A stretch of 32,000 bases of DNA, from positions 960,001-992,000 of the forward strand of contig NZ_AP013028.1 of assembly GCF_000829315.1 (NCBI RefSeq). The letters run 5' to 3'. Source of the stretch: Wolbachia endosymbiont of Cimex lectularius. Its GTDB lineage: Bacteria; Pseudomonadota; Alphaproteobacteria; Rickettsiales; Anaplasmataceae. The notes beneath the pieces were generated by a model. The model did not search any database and was not told the origin of the DNA. It saw nothing but the letters and a program-made list of their open reading frames with translations. This document shows positions 19,468-29,640 of the stretch, piece by piece. How positions within the stretch are numbered: position 1 is the first letter of the stretch; every line of letters begins with the position of its first letter. Both the position numbers and the translations under genes were made by a program.

Positions 19468-20347
19468 ACAACTGTACGAACATTGTGATTTGAGCCTACC
19501 ACTAGGGTGTCATGCCAGTGCTTGACACTGGCATCCAGGAATTTTATTAAGTGTGCGCCAAGCAAAGTGCGTAGAGTTCAGTTGGTGAAAATCCAACCCA
19601 GGCAAAGTCTAGCCAACAGCCTGGAACAGACTATTATGCTGCGTAAGGTAACGAGCGTAGTAAAGCTAATGGAATGGATAACATAGGGTACAACGAAAGT
19701 GAAGGTATTGAGTCACGAAATAAAGAACATCGTAGAGGTCGACACTGTACTTAAAGTGGAAGACAGAATGAAGAATAACGCTAAGGCAAGATATTACTCA
19801 CTCTACCGGGATCATAGGCCGTATCATGTGTTAAGATGGAATTTACGTAAACTTGGGAGATCCATTGTATTCCTGACAGGTATGCTGGAACAAGTCAACA
19901 AAGGCAAGGACTAGCAGAAGATGCAGTGGAAGTCGGACTGATTGATAGTACTCAGAGTGTGGAAAAGCCACATACGAGGGGAAGCGATCAGCAGTGTAGA
20001 GACAGGTTTATGGATTGTTACACCAACACAACAGAGGTTGGAATATGAAACAAGGAAAAGTAAACCAGATAGCAGAAGTTAAAAAAAACGCTGTGAATGC
20101 TACACTGAAGAGCCGTATGCGGGAAAGTCGCAAGTACGGTTCTGTTGGGGGGATCATAGCAGTGAAATCGAATAAGAGGATTTAAAAGTTATGATCTCTA
20201 CCAGACTGGTGAGTATAAAAGTAGCTGTTTTATGTTAAAATACGACGTTTTGATGATTATGGAAAGGCTGGATCCCAGTGTCGGAGCACTGGGATGACAC
20301 CGTCTGTTACGCAAATTACCTGCTAATTGCAATGTTCGTACAGTTGT
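19468..20347. mobile_element. MITE-like element (copy with internal group II intron remnant)
   Basis: Terminal inverted repeats ACAACTGTACGAACATTG / CAATGTTCGTACAGTTGT. 11-bp direct duplication AACCTTCACTC at 19457-19467 and 20348-20358. Confidence 0.85.
19551..20205 (+). mobile_element. Group II intron, internally deleted (reverse-transcriptase ORF lost)
   Basis: 5' GTGTGCGCC start. Domain V 'GAGCCGTATGCGGGAAAGTCGCAAGTACGGTTC' at 20110-20142. Domain VI-like stem ggatcata...tatgatct. Residual ORF 19699-19914. Confidence 0.8.
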
Positions 20348-20480
20348 AACCTTCACTCAATAATTAACAGAATAACTCATTATGGCATGCATATAGAAAA
20401 ATGCAAGCTTTTATAAAGATCGATTGAAATTTCTGAGCTTCGGCTATACTATTATTCAAGTAAAAAAATAAAAAGCCATT

Positions 20481-21764
20481 GTGTCAAATAAAATAGGTTT
20501 TTTGGCTGTTCTTGCCTTAGTGATTAGTAGTCAAATTGGCTCTGGAATTTTTATGCTTCCAATCAGCCTTGCACCATACGGCGCTTATAGCCTTATAAGC
20601 TGGGTGATATCAGGATTTGGTGCTATATCTCTCGCTTTGGTTTTTGCCTTACTCTGTGCAAAATTTCCAGAAACGGGTGGTCCTCATATTTATGTAAAAC
20701 ATGCCTTTGGCTCTACAGCAGCTTTTTTTGTTGGTTGGACATATTGGGCAAGCTCATGGGTTGGTTCAACAGCTGTAACAGTTGCAAGTATTGGTTATTT
20801 AGCTCCACTTTTTCACAATGATATGCAAAATATACGTTTACTTTTAGAGATAACACTAATTTTAGCTATCATGCTAATAAACTTAAGAGGGATAACTACC
20901 GTTGGACACGTTGAGCTCCTATTGATGATTGTTAAAATCACCATATTGTTTGCAATACCAATAGCAGCACTATTTTTTTTCGATAGAAATAACTTTATTG
21001 TAAGCGAGAAAGTTTCGAATCTCACAATATCTCAAATTTTTGCTCGCTCTTCATTGCTCACTTTATGGTGCTTTATCGGGCTTGAAACAGTAACAGCATC
21101 TGCAGGATCAGTCGAGAATCCGAGCAAAACAATACCAAGAGCAATAGTACTTGGCACGTTCTCTGTTGCTATCATATATTTTATTAATAACCTTGCAATT
21201 ATGGGATTGATAAATGGCAATCATCTAGCTAATTCAAAAGCACCATATGTTGATGCGATAAAAATAGTTTTACCTGGTAGTTGGTATTTAATAGTTTCCA
21301 TTATTGCTTTTATCGTTTCCACAAGTAGTCTAAACGCTTGGTTCTTGGCTGATGGACAAGTTGCTTTAGGTCTTGCAAAAGATAAGTTAATGCCACAACT
21401 TTTTGCTAAAAGAAACAAACATGATGCCCCTTTTTGTGGAATGATAATCAATATGTTAGGGATATTAGTTTTACTTGTTCTAACGTCAAACAAAAATTTT
21501 GCTGAGCAAGTAACTTCAATAATTGATGTTTCTGTAGTTTCATTTTTATTTCTCTATTTAGCATGTAGTTTTGCTTTTCTCAAGGTTAATGTGCAAGAGA
21601 AAAACTACTGCAAATTCTTGATCGGAAGTGTGGCTGTGCTTTTTTGCTGCTGGATAATATATGAAACTCCTATAAACACACTGCTCATGTCAAGTCTGTT
21701 CCCCCTAAGCGGCACACTTATTTATTTACTTTGGTACCACAAAGCGACCTTCCTAAAAGCTTAA
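20481..21764 (+). CDS. APC-family amino acid permease, paralog 1
   Basis: GTG start; 'ISSQIGSGIFMLPISLAPYGAYSLISW', 12-TM-like hydrophobic profile. Confidence 0.88.
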   Translation: MSNKIGFLAVLALVISSQIGSGIFMLPISLAPYGAYSLISWVISGFGAISLALVFALLCAKFPETGGPHIYVKHAFGSTAAFFVGWTYWASSWVGSTAVTVASIGYLAPLFHNDMQNIRLLLEITLILAIMLINLRGITTVGHVELLLMIVKITILFAIPIAALFFFDRNNFIVSEKVSNLTISQIFARSSLLTLWCFIGLETVTASAGSVENPSKTIPRAIVLGTFSVAIIYFINNLAIMGLINGNHLANSKAPYVDAIKIVLPGSWYLIVSIIAFIVSTSSLNAWFLADGQVALGLAKDKLMPQLFAKRNKHDAPFCGMIINMLGILVLLVLTSNKNFAEQVTSIIDVSVVSFLFLYLACSFAFLKVNVQEKNYCKFLIGSVAVLFCCWIIYETPINTLLMSSLFPLSGTLIYLLWYHKATFLKA

Positions 21765-21845
21765 CTTAAAGACATAATTTTTTATTTATTAAAACTCTTG
21801 GGGTTAAGTTATACTACTGCCTGTGTTGATAGAATCAGAGGTATT

Positions 21846-23117
21846 GTGTCAAATAAAATAGGTTTTTTAACTGTTTTTGCTTTAGTAATCAGTAGTCAAA
21901 TTGGTTCTGGGGTTTTTATGCTTCCAATCAGCCTTGCGCCATATGGAGCTTATAGCCTCATAAGTTGGGTAATATCAGGAGCTGGTGCTGTGTCTCTTGC
22001 ACTAGTGTTTGCTACGCTATGTGCAAAGTTTCCAGAGACTGGAGGTCCCCACGTTTATGCAAAACATGCCTTTGGTCCTACAGCAGCTTTTTTTGTTGGT
22101 TGGACATATTGGATAATCTCCTGGGTGAGTACAACAGCTCTAATAGTTGTGGGTGTTGGTTATCTTACACCATTTTTCCATGAAGATATCCAAAGCATGC
22201 GTTTGCTTTTAGAGTTGCTACTATTTACAGTCATTACGTTAGTGAATTTAAGAAGAATAGCTACTGCTGGGCGCATTGAGTTTCTACTCACGGTTATAAA
22301 AATTTCTGTATTGCTTGCAATACCTGTAGCAGCGTTGTTTTTTTTCGATAGAAACAACTTTATCATAAGTGAAGAAATCTCAAGTCTTACAGCATCGCAG
22401 ATTCTTGCCCGTTCTACACTTTTGACTTTATGGTGTTTCGTTGGAGTTGAACTGGCAACAGCACCTGCAGGATCGGTTGATAACCCGACCAAAACTATAC
22501 CAAGAGCTGTGGTGCTTGGCACAATCTGCGTTGCTGTTATATATTTTATCAATAATTTCGCGATTATGGGGTTAATAAATGGGAATGATTTAGCAAATTC
22601 AAGAGCACCATATGTTGATGCAATAAAAATTATGCTTTCTGGTAATTGGCATTTGATTATTTCTGTAATTGCATTCATTTTTTGTGTTGGTAGTTTAAAT
22701 GCTTGGGTATTATCTAGTGGACAAGTTGCTTTTGGTCTTGCTGAAGATAAACTTATGCCACAATTCTTTGCTAAAAGGAACAAGCATGGTTCTCCTTTTT
22801 GGGGAATAATAACCAGCTCAGTTGGAACTGCAGTTTTGCTAATCCTTACTTCAAGCAACAATTTTGCTCAGCAAATCACATCGATCATCGACTTTTCTGT
22901 AGTTTCATTTTTATTTGTCTACCTTGCATGCAGCCTTGCTTTTCTAAAGGTTGTTGTAAAGGAGAGAAATTATTACAAGCTTTTAATTGGTAGTATAGCA
23001 ACAATCTTTTGCTGTTGGGTGATACTTGAAACTCCTGTAAACACCTTGCTAATTTCGAGCTTATTCACTGCAAGTGGCATACCTCTTTATTTATTTTGGT
23101 ATCGCAGGGCTTTTTAA
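21846..23117 (+). CDS. APC-family amino acid permease, paralog 2 (tandem duplicate)
   Basis: Highly similar to the preceding ORF. The provided ORF starts at 21798, but the GTG at 21846 aligns with the start of paralog 1. Confidence 0.88.
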   Translation: MSNKIGFLTVFALVISSQIGSGVFMLPISLAPYGAYSLISWVISGAGAVSLALVFATLCAKFPETGGPHVYAKHAFGPTAAFFVGWTYWIISWVSTTALIVVGVGYLTPFFHEDIQSMRLLLELLLFTVITLVNLRRIATAGRIEFLLTVIKISVLLAIPVAALFFFDRNNFIISEEISSLTASQILARSTLLTLWCFVGVELATAPAGSVDNPTKTIPRAVVLGTICVAVIYFINNFAIMGLINGNDLANSRAPYVDAIKIMLSGNWHLIISVIAFIFCVGSLNAWVLSSGQVAFGLAEDKLMPQFFAKRNKHGSPFWGIITSSVGTAVLLILTSSNNFAQQITSIIDFSVVSFLFVYLACSLAFLKVVVKERNYYKLLIGSIATIFCCWVILETPVNTLLISSLFTASGIPLYLFWYRRAF

Positions 23118-23284
23118 GAGCATCTCTTGAGATCTGGGATCTGGTATAATCTCTACTTGCTATCAAAGCTTCCATATGGTTGGATAAAATTACAAATAAA
23201 AAATTTTTAAAAAACATATGATATTACAACTATAGTCAAACTTCCTTTTCTTATGTATAATCTTAAAAAACTTTCTATATAAAA

Positions 23285-24799
23285 GTGAAGAGAGCTTTAA
23301 TATCGGTTTATGATAAAACAAATATAATTGACCTTGCATCGTTTTTAACAAAGCAACAAGTAGAGATTCTCTCAACAGGGAATACATACAAAATCCTATC
23401 CGATGCAGGAATAAAAACGCAAGAAGTCTCAGATTACACACAATTTCCAGAGATACTAAGCGGTAGGGTGAAAACTTTACACCCTAAAATTCATGGAGGA
23501 ATACTATGTGATCGAGAAAAGCACAAAAAAGAAATGCAAGATCTAGGAATTAAGCCCATAGACCTGCTTATAATTAATCTATACCCATTTTGGGAAACAG
23601 TAAGCAGCGGCTCAAGTGAGGAACAGATCATAGAACAAATTGATATCGGCGGAGTAGCGCTAATTAGGGCTGCAGCAAAAAATTTTCATTTTACTTCAGT
23701 TATTTCTAGCACTCAAGACTATGAAACACTGAAAGCTGAGATGGTCAAAAATAACAATGAAACAACATTGGAATACAAAAAACATCTAGCAACTAAAGCA
23801 TTTGCTCTCACTGCATGCTACGATTCTAATATTTACAGTTGGTTTCTATCCCAGAGTAAAAGCAATGAATTACCAGAGTTTTTTGCCCTATACGGGCGTA
23901 AAGCACAAGAACTCAGGTATGGCGAAAATCCCCATCAAAAAGCTGCTTTTTACAGTAATCAATTCACCAGATATCCGCTGGAAAAACTACATGGAAAAGA
24001 GTTGAGTTATAATAATATAGTGGATATAGAATCTGCGCTTAACATAGTTTCTGAGTTTCAGGAACCTGCAGCAGTGATAATCAAGCACAATAACCCATGT
24101 GGAGCCGCCATTGGTGATAGCGCTCTGGAAGCATACGAAAAAGCTCTATCGTGTGATGAAATAAGCAGTTTTGGTGGCATAGTTGCTTTAAATCGGAAGA
24201 TAGATTTAAGGTTAGCGGAAAAATTAAGCGAGATATTTTTGGAAGTAATGATAGCACCATCAATAAATGATGAAGCACTGAAAATTTTGCAGAGAAAGAA
24301 AAATTTAAGAGTGATCATTCATAGCTCTCTTCAGCAAAATGCAAAGTGTCAGATCAAAAACGTTGCCGGTGGGTTTTTAGTGCAAGAAAATAATAACCAT
24401 ACAACAAAAGCAGAAGAAATAAGCCAAGTAACAAAGTGCGCTGCAACGGAAAAAGAAAAAGAAGATCTTATTTTTGCTTGGAAAATATGTAAGCATGTGA
24501 AATCCAACGCAATAGTTATAGCAAAAGACGGTTGCACCATCGGTATCGGTGCAGGACAAACAAGCAGAATAGATAGTGTGAACATTGCAGTTAAAAAGGC
24601 GGGTGAAAGGTGCAAAAGTGCTGTACTTGCTTCAGATGCATTTTTCCCGTTTCCAGATAGCATAGTAGAAAGTGCAAAACATGGAATTACAGCCATAATT
24701 CAGCCTGGCGGCTCGTTGAAAGATCAAGATGTGATAGCAACCGCAAATGAAAATAAAATTGCTATGTTTTTCACCGGCGTTCGTAGCTTTTTTCATTAG
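23285..24799 (+). CDS. purH: Bifunctional AICAR formyltransferase/IMP cyclohydrolase
   Basis: GTG start; 'RALISVYDKTNI', 'GRVKTLHPKIHGGIL', 'LRYGENPHQKAAFY', 'IIKHNNPCGAA', C-terminal 'DAFFPFPDSIVESAKHGITAIIQPGGSLKD'. Confidence 0.97.
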   Translation: MKRALISVYDKTNIIDLASFLTKQQVEILSTGNTYKILSDAGIKTQEVSDYTQFPEILSGRVKTLHPKIHGGILCDREKHKKEMQDLGIKPIDLLIINLYPFWETVSSGSSEEQIIEQIDIGGVALIRAAAKNFHFTSVISSTQDYETLKAEMVKNNNETTLEYKKHLATKAFALTACYDSNIYSWFLSQSKSNELPEFFALYGRKAQELRYGENPHQKAAFYSNQFTRYPLEKLHGKELSYNNIVDIESALNIVSEFQEPAAVIIKHNNPCGAAIGDSALEAYEKALSCDEISSFGGIVALNRKIDLRLAEKLSEIFLEVMIAPSINDEALKILQRKKNLRVIIHSSLQQNAKCQIKNVAGGFLVQENNNHTTKAEEISQVTKCAATEKEKEDLIFAWKICKHVKSNAIVIAKDGCTIGIGAGQTSRIDSVNIAVKKAGERCKSAVLASDAFFPFPDSIVESAKHGITAIIQPGGSLKDQDVIATANENKIAMFFTGVRSFFH

Positions 24800-24911
24800 G
24801 CTTGTATCTTATGTCAGTGTACACTTTTTCGCGCATTTAACATTGCTTCGATCATAATTGCATACAAAAACCGTTTACAATCAGCGCTCAATATGATAAA
24901 TTGAAGTTCAT

Positions 24912-24983
24912 TCCTCGGTAGCTCAGTGGTAGAGCAGTTGGCTGTTAACCAATTGGTCGCTGGTTCGAATCCGGCCCGGGGAG
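24912..24983 (+). tRNA. tRNA-Asn (anticodon GTT)
   Basis: Cloverleaf: acceptor TCCTCGG/CCGGGGA, D arm GCTCAGTGGTAGAGC, anticodon loop CTGTTAA, T arm CTGGTTCGAATCCGG. Confidence 0.96.
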
Positions 24984-25070
24984 CTTTTATACTCACTAGC
25001 CTGATAAAGTTCCTAGATGCCAGTGTCAGCTACTTGCATGACATCCTTCCTGGTTGAGATTAATCTTAAA

Positions 25071-25502
25071 TCACAATGTTCGTATAGCTGCGACTCTGGA
25101 GGTACTTTCTCTCATCCACTGCAGATATTGCACGGTGCTGTCGACTTGGTCATTGTGATGTGCTTCCGGAAACATTAAAATTTCATACTCAAAGTCATTG
25201 AGCCATATCGCTTGGTGCGGCAGAAAAACTTTTCCAGACTCTATAATGGGAACAATCTGGTGGAATCGAGCGAGTTTGTCATCATGCGGTACTATTTCAA
25301 TAACGGGTAAATCACTGCTTGCCTTCAGCTCTTGCACCAATTGCTGACCACTTGTTTTTGCTTCAATTAAAACTGCGTGTGGTGTCCATCTTGCTGCTAA
25401 GAACAAAACTTGTTCTTTAAGTTTTGGGTACTCGAGTTTTGCACGATATACATCGAGTAAATAAAACTTATTGCCCGCTTTTGCCCAAGTGGTGCAGACC
25501 AC
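25071..25502 (-). pseudogene. Phage terminase large subunit fragment (C-terminal nuclease domain)
   Basis: 'VLIEAKTSGQQLVQEL...VIEIVPHDDKLARFHQIVPIIESGKVFLP...FEYEILMFPEAHHNDQVDSTVQYLQWM' resembles the TerL C-terminal domain. The N-terminal ATPase part is absent; a palindromic repeat abuts its 5' side. Confidence 0.75.
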
Positions 25503-25508
25503 CGGAAG

Positions 25509-25669
25509 GGTGTCATTCTAGTGCTCGACACTGGAATCCAGGAAAATTTGCTTGTTCACAAGCAAACTGGTTCGGTAATCATGGAAAGTAGCTAATCTTG
25601 TGCTAAAAACGTTCTTGGTGAGGTTGCATGGGAAGCTGGATTCCAGCGTCACGCGCTGGAATGACACCA
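25509..25669. repeat. Palindromic repeat element with imperfect 33-bp inverted arms
   Basis: Left arm ggtgtcattctagtgctcgacactggaatccag, right arm ctggattccagcgtcacgcgctggaatgacacc. Confidence 0.75.
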
Positions 25670-25699
25670 CTTGCTGTAAAAATAAATGTTTGTTTATGA

Positions 25700-26200
25700 A
25701 TTGCTTTAATATTTACCAAATAGGAAAAAAAGGCAAAAGAAGCCTAGTCAATATCTATTTTAATAACTTGGCGTTAATGCTCTATACGCTTGACAAGTAG
25801 CTGACCTTGGGGTTGTAAATATCCATAACCTTATGATAAGGAGAATGTCAAAACTTGCAAGCAATTTTTTTGTGAAAAAAATGAGGTTGGTTAAATTTTT
25901 AACTAGTTTAAAAAAAAGACAAAAGAAACCCCGTGATGTGAGTTGTTTACTGTTCTCTCAAAAACTTGGCGTACGATTCTCTCTTACACCGCTTAATAAG
26001 CGAGGCTCAGCTAATGTAGACAAAAAATTATAAAGACATGCAGTGCCCATGCTGCAAAAATTAAACATAACACGCCTTGTTTTATACTGTGCTTTTGTCA
26101 CTTAATACAAGATTAAAGATAAATTTTAGGCCTAAAACACCCACAATTCTATTGTAAGGGGACTGGCACAGGTTATCAAGTAGTTTTTTTTGTTTCTATT
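25700..26200 (-). repeat. Copy D of the promoter-bearing intergenic repeat (more diverged)
   Basis: Minus-strand TTGATA (26174-26179), 17 bp, TACAAT (26151-26156). Core 'ggcgtgttatgtttaatttttgcagcatgggcactgcatgtcttt'. Confidence 0.65.
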
Positions 26201-26302
26201 GGATGACGCTATGGCTTTTTTCCACTTTCATCTGTCCGCTTTCTGTGTAGTGGAAATTGATATCAATAATACCAAAATAAAGGCTAGTGGACTAGTTTTG
26301 TT

Positions 26303-27262
26303 TTAAACCAAATTCGGTACTTTAAACTGAACGTTTTCAGCAACACTACCTGGCATAACTGAAACTTTTATGTTCATGTGTGTTTTCAGGTAGTCTATTA
26401 ACTCATCAACCAATATATCAGGAGCAGAAGCACCTGCGGTGATTCCTACCTTTTCTACGCCCTGTAGCCAGCTTTTGTTCACACAGTTGTAATTATCAAT
26501 CAAATAGGCTCTTTTCCCTCTAGCGATGCATAGATCCAATAAGCGATTTGAATTCGAACTATTTTTACTTCCTACAATTAACACTATGTCTACGATTTCA
26601 ACTAGTTTTTTAACAGCATTCTGCCTGTTTTGTGTTGCGTAGCATATATCTTTTAAATTAGGACCTGTGATGCTTGGAAACCTAAGCTTTAGAGCAGCGA
26701 TAATTTCGCTGGTATCGTCGACGCTTAGCGTAGTTTGCGTGACGTAAGATAAATTATCTGGATCTTTAACTTTTAAATTGTGTACATCTTCTACGGTTTG
26801 CACTAAAGTGATAGGATCATCTACTCTTCCTCTAATTCCCTTAACTTCTGGGTGATTTTCGTGCCCAATCAGAATTAATTCTCTACCGCTGTCCTCATAC
26901 CTTTTTGCTTCTTTATGTACTTTACTGACCAGAGGACATGTTGCATCAATCACTTGAATACCCTTTCTTTTTGCCTCCTCTTCTATGCTTTTTGACACTC
27001 CATGTGCACTAAAAATCAGTATTTCCCCATTATCTTCAATGTCCTCAATACTGTTTACAAAAACCACGCCTTGTTTCTTAAAGTCCTCTACTATATATTT
27101 GTTGTGAACAATTTCGTGCAGCACATAAACTTGGCGCTTGTTCTTGTATTTTTCTAAAGTGATAGCCAATATGTCTACAGCTCTTTTGACTCCAGCGCAA
27201 AAACCGCGTGGTTCGGCTAAGATAACTTCCATTTTTTTCAAGTCAAATAAATATGCAAGCAT
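26303..27262 (-). CDS. ispH: 4-hydroxy-3-methylbut-2-enyl diphosphate reductase (start may be the internal [12 protein letters not shown])
   Basis: '[18 protein letters not shown]', '[21 protein letters not shown]', '[13 protein letters not shown]', '[11 protein letters not shown]'. Confidence 0.96.
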   Translation of the reverse strand: MLAYLFDLKKMEVILAEPRGFCAGVKRAVDILAITLEKYKNKRQVYVLHEIVHNKYIVEDFKKQGVVFVNSIEDIEDNGEILIFSAHGVSKSIEEEAKRKGIQVIDATCPLVSKVHKEAKRYEDSGRELILIGHENHPEVKGIRGRVDDPITLVQTVEDVHNLKVKDPDNLSYVTQTTLSVDDTSEIIAALKLRFPSITGPNLKDICYATQNRQNAVKKLVEIVDIVLIVGSKNSSNSNRLLDLCIARGKRAYLIDNYNCVNKSWLQGVEKVGITAGASAPDILVDELIDYLKTHMNIKVSVMPGSVAENVQFKVPNLV

Positions 27263-28806
27263 TACTGAGAAATAAGCTCCGCTTACTATGTTTTATAATA
27301 CCATTGTTTATGTTTTATATAATAATTATTTTTCGTATGTTCTCTTTAACATTTAATCAGCTTGCTGCTTCAGAAGACTTAAAAAAAAGTAATATAGCAC
27401 ATAGACAACCTGATATCTTGGATAGAAATGGAGTGGTGATAGCAACAAATGTGCCAACAACATCACTGTATATAGATTCAACCAGAGTAAAGAATCCAGA
27501 AAATATAGCATCACAGTTGTGCTCTATTTTGGATGACCTTGAATACGAAGATTTATATAAAATACTTACCTCGAAAAAGAAATTTGCTTGGATAAAGCGG
27601 CATTTAACTCCGCGAGAGTTATTAGCAATAAAAAACGCCGGCGTGCCAGGAGTAAACTTTTATGATGACGTAAAGCGCATATACCCTCACAATAATTTGT
27701 TTGCACATGTGCTTGGCTACACCGACATAGATGGCAAAGGCATTGCCGGAATTGAGGCATACATAAGTAACCAGCGTTACGACACTACCAGTAGATATGT
27801 TCAACTATCCTTAGATACGCGAGCACAAAGCATAGTACATCAGGAACTCACTAAAGCCGTAAGCAGATACCAGGCGCTTGGTGGAGTAGGAATTGTTTTA
27901 AGTGTGAAAGATAGTGAAGTCATTTCGATGGTCAGTCTACCCGACTTTAATTCCAATTTGCAGAGTAAGGCAAAAAATATACAAAAGTTTAATCGCGCCA
28001 GTCTTGGAGTGTATGAGATGGGATCAGTGATAAAATTCTTTACAATAGCAGCAGCGCTCGATGCGAATGTTGTGAAAACTGATGATTTATACGACGTATC
28101 AAAGCAAATCACCATTGGGAAATATGAAATTCAGGATTTTCATGAGTTTAAAATTCCAAAAGTTACTGTGCGAGATATATTTGTAAAATCGTCCAACGTT
28201 GGTGCAGCAAAAATTGCAGCCAAACTAGGTATTGGGAAACAGGTAGGGTATTTTAAGGCCATGAAGCTATTTTCTCCCTTAAGAATAGAAGTGCCAGAAA
28301 AATCCATACCGATAATTCCGGATAAGTGGAGTGAGAGCACTTTAATAACGGCGTCTTATGGTTATGGAATAGCTGTAACTCCGATGCATATCGCACAAAC
28401 TGCAGCCGCATTAGTCAACGATGGGATATTTCACAACGCAACTTTGATATTGAACAAAAAAGGTATAGGGGAGCAGATTGTTGCAGAAAGTACTTCCAGA
28501 GAGATAAGAAAATTGTTACGTGCAGCAGTAACAGATGGAACGGGAAGGAGAGCGAACATAAAAGCATATACGATAGGGGGTAAAACTGGATCAGCAGAAA
28601 AAGTTGTAAATGGTAAATATGACAAAGATGTAAACATAGCGTCGTTTATAGGAGTGCTAACTACACTTGATCCAAGGTATATAGTACTAATTGTTATTGA
28701 TGAACCTCGGGGCCGGTATCATACCGGAGGGATAATCGCTGCACCTGTGGCCAAGAGCATTATAAGTAAAATAGCACCTATACTAAACGTTACACCCGAG
28801 ATGTAG
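27253..28806 (+). CDS. ftsI: FtsI/PBP2-type penicillin-binding transpeptidase
   Basis: Active-site motifs SVIK ('[10 protein letters not shown]'), SSN ('VKSSNVGAA') and KTG ('[10 protein letters not shown]'); N-terminal TM helix. Confidence 0.88.
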   Translation: MQALLRNKLRLLCFIIPLFMFYIIIIFRMFSLTFNQLAASEDLKKSNIAHRQPDILDRNGVVIATNVPTTSLYIDSTRVKNPENIASQLCSILDDLEYEDLYKILTSKKKFAWIKRHLTPRELLAIKNAGVPGVNFYDDVKRIYPHNNLFAHVLGYTDIDGKGIAGIEAYISNQRYDTTSRYVQLSLDTRAQSIVHQELTKAVSRYQALGGVGIVLSVKDSEVISMVSLPDFNSNLQSKAKNIQKFNRASLGVYEMGSVIKFFTIAAALDANVVKTDDLYDVSKQITIGKYEIQDFHEFKIPKVTVRDIFVKSSNVGAAKIAAKLGIGKQVGYFKAMKLFSPLRIEVPEKSIPIIPDKWSESTLITASYGYGIAVTPMHIAQTAAALVNDGIFHNATLILNKKGIGEQIVAESTSREIRKLLRAAVTDGTGRRANIKAYTIGGKTGSAEKVVNGKYDKDVNIASFIGVLTTLDPRYIVLIVIDEPRGRYHTGGIIAAPVAKSIISKIAPILNVTPEM

Positions 28807-28809
28807 AAA

Positions 28810-29157
28810 CTAATATTTCTTTATCAAGAGTTTAAGCTTATGATCTTGATTGTTTCCATCAATGCAAAGAAGCCCATCTTTTGTTATGTTACAATTTTTA
28901 GGAGAGATATCAAAATCGATTTTTTTGCCACTGCTATCTACACTAAGGCAAATTCTCGGCTCCAAATAGCTAATTATATTAGCCTCAAACTCTTTCGCTA
29001 CCTTACCGTCCGGAGAAACCAAGTTAAACTTCCAGATAGCGCTTGGATCGATATTTCCTGTGTAACTACTGCACTCATCACCTGCGCAGTATGAACTCTC
29101 AATTATGTAACCTCCACTGGGAATATCTATAAGAAAACCCCACAAATCATCTGACAT
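28810..29157 (-). CDS. Hypothetical 115-aa protein, convergent with the transpeptidase gene
   Basis: Intact ORF with several Cys, convergent with the transpeptidase gene (3 bp between them). No family recognised. Confidence 0.5.
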   Translation of the reverse strand: MSDDLWGFLIDIPSGGYIIESSYCAGDECSSYTGNIDPSAIWKFNLVSPDGKVAKEFEANIISYLEPRICLSVDSSGKKIDFDISPKNCNITKDGLLCIDGNNQDHKLKLLIKKY

Positions 29158-29271
29158 ACGAAATACCTTAATATTTACTGTTTATAAAGAACTGTAATAC
29201 TTTTTAAGTATACTAATTATGATACACTTAAAGATATAAAGTTTCAACAGTTAATTGTGTAAGAAGTCTGC

Positions 29272-29640
29272 TTATACCAATTTCCACTGCATAAGGAAAG
29301 GATAGACAACAGAAACGAAAAAACTACTTGACAAATTCTTCCAATCCTTTTATCATGGTATTGAAGCTGTTTGTTTAACTTCCCAATCTATACAGGTTAA
29401 AATGACAAGAAAACTTGTATTTGGCGTACTATTGTTTAATTTTTCGCACTATGTGCACTGCATGTCTTTTTAAAACTTCGGGTTTTTACCCATACAAGCT
29501 GAAACGCGCTTATAAGTCGTTTAAGGCATCACCCAACGCCGGATTTTAAAATAGAGAGTGGAATAACTAGCTACCTCGGGGTTTTATTGTCTTTTTTTCC
29601 TATCTGGTAAATTTCTTAAATATTATAGCTTAGACTAGTT
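29272..29640 (+). repeat. Copy B of the promoter-bearing intergenic repeat
   Basis: TTGACA (29328-29333), 17 bp, TATCAT (29351-29356). The long stretch after the promoter is almost identical to copy A. Confidence 0.85.

Noticed and set aside
19699-19914. 71-aa ORF inside the group II intron
   Set aside because: Looks like residual or structured intron sequence, truncated at 'VNKGKD' where RT/maturase homology would begin; not a functional protein.
23190-23441. Minus-strand 83-aa ORF overlapping the purH 5' end
   Set aside because: Overlaps the confident purH start and is composed of low-complexity AT-rich codons.
25600-26033. Plus-strand ORFs 25600-25800 and 25833-26033
   Set aside because: They lie within or across intergenic repeat DNA and the sister repeat copies do not conserve them.
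27566-28637. Four minus-strand ORFs opposite the transpeptidase gene
   Set aside because: Antisense shadows of a gene with all three PBP catalytic motifs.
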